A DNA stretch of 64,000 nt from Candidatus Omnitrophota bacterium (lineage in GTDB: Bacteria; Omnitrophota; Gorgyraeia; Zapsychrales; JAHFFX01). A program made the translations under genes and the position numbers. Positions 56,701-62,700 of this stretch are shown here, piece after piece (position 1 is the first letter of the stretch; each line of letters opens with the position of its first letter). The notes under the pieces are model-generated. The model made no database searches. It saw nothing but the letters and a program-made list of their open reading frames with translations, and was not told the origin of the DNA. The stretch covers positions 1,688 to 65,687 of the forward strand of contig JAHFFY010000009.1 of the NCBI GenBank assembly GCA_023247705.1, given 5' to 3'.

Positions 56701-59700
56701 AGTAACGCCGGGATCTGCTGACCAAAAATCTGCTTATTCATTGAACGCAATCCTTGACCAGCCGACTCCGTCATTCTGAAAATATTCCTTCGATACAGCT
56801 CATAATCCCCCCGATCTTCGGAGGCCTCCAAAAAGGCGTCTGCGATTAAATGACTAATCGATGAAAGCGGCACGCCGGGTTCCAGCGGCTGTAATTCCAG
56901 CATTTGATGGTCCAGCTGAATGTTATAACCTTGCTGCGTCACCTTCTCATGCAGATATTCAAACAATGCCATACGAAATTCCGCTTCGCGGGTAGTCCCT
57001 TGCAAAGCTATATTTCGTTGCACAGTCGCCCTGACCTCAGCAAAGGTTTGCTCTCGATGCCGTATTCGATGGGAAATCTGCCGGGAAGATCTGTTTTCTC
57101 CCTCGATCGAAGCCCGGATAAAATCAATCGTGGGGATAAAATAAGCGTCTCTCTCTCCGGTAACCCTTTTCAAATTGCGATGACGAGACAATCCTAATTC
57201 ATCGACAGCGCTTCGGGGGATCAAAATAGTTTCCTGCTGATACCTATTATCTCGTAACTGACTAAAAATCTCTTTAACCGAGACAACCTGTTCATTGAAA
57301 CGCGGGCGATCGACCTCCAGAAAGATAACGACCTCCGTATCTTTTCGATCTGGGACCAACCGATCAATCAAAACATCCAACTGACTGCGGACACGATCAA
57401 AATCTTTGGCCCATTGCATCCCCGTGTAGATCACACTCCAACGCGGCCTGAGCACTTCCATCTTTCTCAAGATCAACTGCGGCACTTGATCGCGCGTTTC
57501 ATTGCTCAATAAAGCTGTTAAAAATAAATGATTCCTCTTGGCGTTGTTGGACGGCTTACTCATGGCCTCGTGGATCATCGTCGCCGCGGCCGTCACCGTC
57601 AGACCTTCATAATTGCGCGCTAATGTTACAGCCGCATCGCTCAAACGCGCTTGGGTTTTTAATTCTTCGATCGAAGCGGTGATGGCGAGATGAACCAATT
57701 CTTCTGCATCGTTCGTGGGTTGATGGGAACTGGACGCCGGCAAATCTTCCTGTGCGGTTGAAATCTCTTGGACGGCCATAGGGATTTGTGTTACATCCTG
57801 ATACTCAGGATTTTCTTCGTCGGTCAAGAGCCCCGGAATCCGCCCTTTATTCTCAATCAACAATCTGATCCCGGAAGTCACTTCGGCATTCAGATATTCA
57901 ATCACAGCCTCTTCTCCATAAAGATTGAACGCGGCCACGACCGCATGACGGTCATTGCTGGCCAAAAAATTTCCTCTTTGGGCAAAAACCGATCGGCGCA
58001 TGTAAATTCTCTCGACTTCTCTGGCCGTAAACCAATGTTGTGCGACAAAATTTCTAATTTCTCTAATAAAAAGACTTTGTCCTTTGGATGTGACAGCATC
58101 TTCTAATTGCCGTTGAGTCAGAAAATCTCTCAGATCTTGCCTGTTTTGAACCACAAGAAATTCTCCGAGACCTTCCAAAGGCATCGCTTCAATGTTCAAT
58201 CGATCAAGATCAACGTCTTCTTGATTCTGGAATAAGGAATGGAATCTCATCGCCAATTTCCTGCGCAACTCCGGGGTAATTGGGCGCGTCGGCCAATCTT
58301 GTGCCGCGACGATATTCTCGATCGTTTGACTTAAACTCACTCTCCCTGAATAGTGATCAACCAAGCGTAAAGCGATATCAGGAAGAGCGAGGCGTCGGAT
58401 CGCTTTAATTTCACTTTGCATATCCGCTGACCGGTTATAACTTCTTGAGCCGCGCCAATTACGCCATAGATCAGCTAAAAATTTTTGAGCCGCCTCAAGA
58501 GAAGAGATGGAAACATCTTGGGTCTTAAACATTGCTTTGTTTATCTTAACGGCATTGATCATGGACCTGTCAAAATGCGGTTTGTTTTCCAACGATTGGA
58601 AAACGACCGGAACGTTCCTTTTCTTGAGCTGGACGTAAATATTAAGATTAAAATAAACACCGATGACCAAAATCTTCTGTCCTTGATTTTGCTCATAAAG
58701 GCCCTGTAAGAAATTAATCGATTCCAGGTGAGTTTCGTATTCTTCCCGGATAATCGCTTTCCAGGCCTCGATCGAATGTTTCAATCCTTCCCAAAATCTA
58801 TTTTGTTCGAAGCTTTTCTTGGCCGAATTATATCGTTCAACACTCCGGCGATGGTGCGGGTTATCGATGTACTTGGTGTTAATGCTATGGAACCTCTTGC
58901 GGATTCCTTCCACGCCGACTTCATAAAGCAGGCGCATCCATTTTTGGATCGCTTGACCGCTGGGGGTGTTGACTTTAAGGAATGTCCTGTTGACAGCTTG
59001 CTCGAGGGTGATCTTTCTTTGCAGCAGCAAATTAAAAATTTCATTATCCGTCCTGGACAGATCCATGACGATCCGATCCGCTTCCTTCATCGCATTGAGC
59101 AGGATGGTCCGATGTCGATCGATATTTCGTTCATCAAGGAATTGGAAACTAACCCCCGCGATAAGCTTGCGCGCAGATGGTGAAGAAGGAGTAGTAACTG
59201 AAACCACATCCTCATAGATCGCATCAACGATTTCTTCCGTCCCTGGGGCCGCGGCCGGTATTTGGGCTAACGTGGTCGCATCAATCTCCGGCCAATATTG
59301 ATCCACCATTCCACGAATGTGATTGCGCAGCGGATAGCGCGTGCCGCCGGAAACATAACCGAAAATATGTTTAAAGCGTTCGTTCAGGAAATGATTAAGA
59401 TCCGCGGTCTCCCACATCACAAGCAATTCTTCAAATTCTTCCAAGGAAAGTTTTGTGATGGGTAAACCACTGAAGCGTTCCAGTTCCAACCGCATGGCCT
59501 CGGTCACCGGCTGGACGGGCGAATTCAGGGTTGTTTTGAGGATTTGAAATAATTGATGCGCGGTCAACCGATCGCGATAATGCTCAAGAATCCTGCGCGC
59601 CATATAAGGAAGCGGCAGGGCGGCGATAACGTCATTCTCTTCAGGAAAGTTCTCTTCTACGCCGTAATACCATAACACGGCCATTAATGAACGGGTGATG

Positions 59701-62700
59701 CCCTGTAGTCCGATGGTAATTTGCTCAATCTCTATCCCCTGATCAATTTGGGCAACCACCTCATTAAAGAATAGGTCATGATAATCCGGCCGGATCGGAT
59801 TTTCTTCAGATGGATTAAGATATTCCACCGTCGTATTGATCCCTGAGTTATTTAAAAGATAAACCAGATGATCAAGCCCGGCGATGTTTTGAATGATCGC
59901 GACTTTCCCATCCTGGGCTTGACGAAAATATTGCACCAGTGACTCAACGATCGCGATATTATCTCTTGAAGAAATATCCACGGCTAATTTTTCCGCCTCT
60001 AAATAAAACCGAATGCCTGACAAGAATCTATTCTGACGAAACTCCTCACGCGCTTTGTCAAGACGAAGGCTATATTCACGATCATGCGAGTTACCGCCTT
60101 CCTCCCCGAGTATCACCTTAACGCCTCCGTTAATCATCTTGCCTTTGCCGTAGGCAAATCTTAACAAGTACCGCGCCTTACCGATTTCCACACTCTCTTT
60201 AATACTGTTAGGAACTGTTTCTATTTCACTCAATAAACTTTCCAAAGATTCTCTGGCATTGAAAGCGCGCTCGAATATTGAATCGTATTTTTCGGTGATA
60301 TCCGTAAGAATGACATCATATTCCTCAACGATCGTTTCAACACCCGCAGCATATCGCTCCAAGAATTCCGGACGACGGCGATTGGAACTGACGTAGACAT
60401 TAACGGTAAATTGAGTTGAGGTTGTTCCTGCGGATTCACCGGACTTTTGGTCTGCTTGCGTTGTGGTCGCTGATTCTTGGATGGTAACCGTTTCTCCCTC
60501 ATCTTGAATCTGTTCAACTTCTAACGTTGTTTGTACCGCCGAAAGATCCGTGATTGCGGCATCGGCCTCAGGCGTTGATGGTGTTTCTTCTAAATTGCCG
60601 CGTACGGCGTCATTGGATGAAGTCGAATCGGCAATTTCCGAAATCGCTCCCCAATACCGGTTGACCATCGCCCGGATTTCCCGACGCAGCGGATGACGGA
60701 TCTTTCCGGAAACAAAACCGAACACGAACCGGTGCTGATCATTCAGGAAATGACTCAAATCCGGCGTGTCCCACATGACCAGTAATTCCTCAAATTGCTC
60801 AAGCGTCAATTTTTCCAAAGCAAAACCTGCAAGACGACTTAATTCCAATTGCATTTCCCGCGTGACCGGAACAGGCGGGGCCGTTAAGGTCGATCTGAGC
60901 ACGTCAAAAAATTGACCCAATGTCAGCCGTCCACGGAAAAGATCAAGGATCCGAAGCGCGATATAAGGAAGCGGCAGGTGTTGAATAATTTCGTATTCAC
61001 GCGGATCATACGGTTCCTGACTATGGAACCATAAAATGACCAACAAAGATCGGGCCACGGCCAGAAGACTGACTTCGATATCTTTAATTTCTTTACCGGC
61101 CAAGGCCTCGCGCAGCGTCGCATTAATCAGGTTATCAGCTTGGTCGCCCTGGGTTTCCTGTTCCCGCTCGTCGGTCAGATATTCCACCTCGATCTCAATG
61201 CCTTGTCGCTTGAGAAGCTCCCGCAGATGCTCGGCGCCCATCATATCTCGCATGATCGCGATCCGCGCTTCCGGAAATACCTCGAAATGCTGCATGATGA
61301 TTTCAACATTCGTTTGATTTGTTTGCATCGTTGTCCTTGCCGAAAACCGTTGCGACTCAATCAGGCTGCGTATCCCGGCCAAGAAACGATTTTGCTCGAA
61401 TTCCGCCTCCGGCGATTGGAAATCGCGGCTATAGGCAATCGCATCCGGTGTACTGCTCGAATTAATGACGATCGCGCGGATACCGCCGACCAGCTTCTTT
61501 CCCCGGCCATAACTTTGTCTCAGAAGCGTTTGTCCCTTCACGGTATAAGATGGAAAACTCGATTTCGAAACATATTCCTTAATTAAATCTTCGATCGATC
61601 CTTGTCCTTGCGAAGCCCAGGCAAATATTTCGTCTGATTCAGAAAGGATATCAGTAACAATCAAATCGTAATTCTCAATAATGGCATCAATGGCCTGATT
61701 ATAAATATCGGCGCTGACCGGACTTTTACTGTCGGAGGTTATGTAGACTTTGACTTTCCGTTGAGGAGCGATAACATCCGGAGACTGATCTTTTTTTGAG
61801 TCGAGATCCGAACCCTTTTCGGCTTGCTCTGTCAAAAATTTGGTCACCACCCCTGAAATATTCTGTTCCCCTTCAACCGGTTCTTGGGTTTCTTGACTTG
61901 GGGCCGGTTGTTCAATGACCTTATAAAGATATTCGGCGATAAAATTCTCAATAAATCGCGCGATCGCGTCGCGTTCAGCGCCGTTATTTCTGATCAGGAA
62001 CCGTGTCAGGTTCTTTTGCTGGAAGAACGTCCGCAGGTCACTGCCGCGTTCGATCAACAGCAACCGTCCAAAATCTTCCAGACTTAAGTCCCGCAAATCC
62101 ATCGTCAAACCTAATCGCGCTTTGATCTCTGATTCAAACGCGCGCATAAGACCGATTGAAACCGGTTGAAGAGGGCTTTGCGACAGCTTGAACATATCTT
62201 CCGCGATTGATTTGGGCGTCACCTTTTCCCTCGACCATTCAAATACTTGACGCTGAATATAAATGTAAGATAATGTTCTCTCGCGAATGACTTTAACGAT
62301 GATCCCATTGATCGACTGCCCATTGATATCAATATCCACCACATTCATTTGTCCCCATCCGTGCAGCATGGCACTCATAAAGGCGCGGAACACATTGATC
62401 CGCACAACATCCAAAGACTTCTGGTGCCGCATTTGGGACAACAACCGAAGGATCATCAGATCATCCAATTGTTGATACCGTTTTAATAAAATCGTCTCTT
62501 CAAACGTAATATTTTCTTTCCTCAATTCCTGGACAACAAAAAATCCCGGCACAATATCATCCAGGATCACAATCGATCGGTCCGCGTAGATGAGTAATTG
62601 TTCATTGATCCCGACCACAAAAGAATCCAGAATGACTTTCTCTTCTTCATAAACCTCGATCTGCCGTTCCAGATAATGTCTCATCGCAAGCGCGGTATCC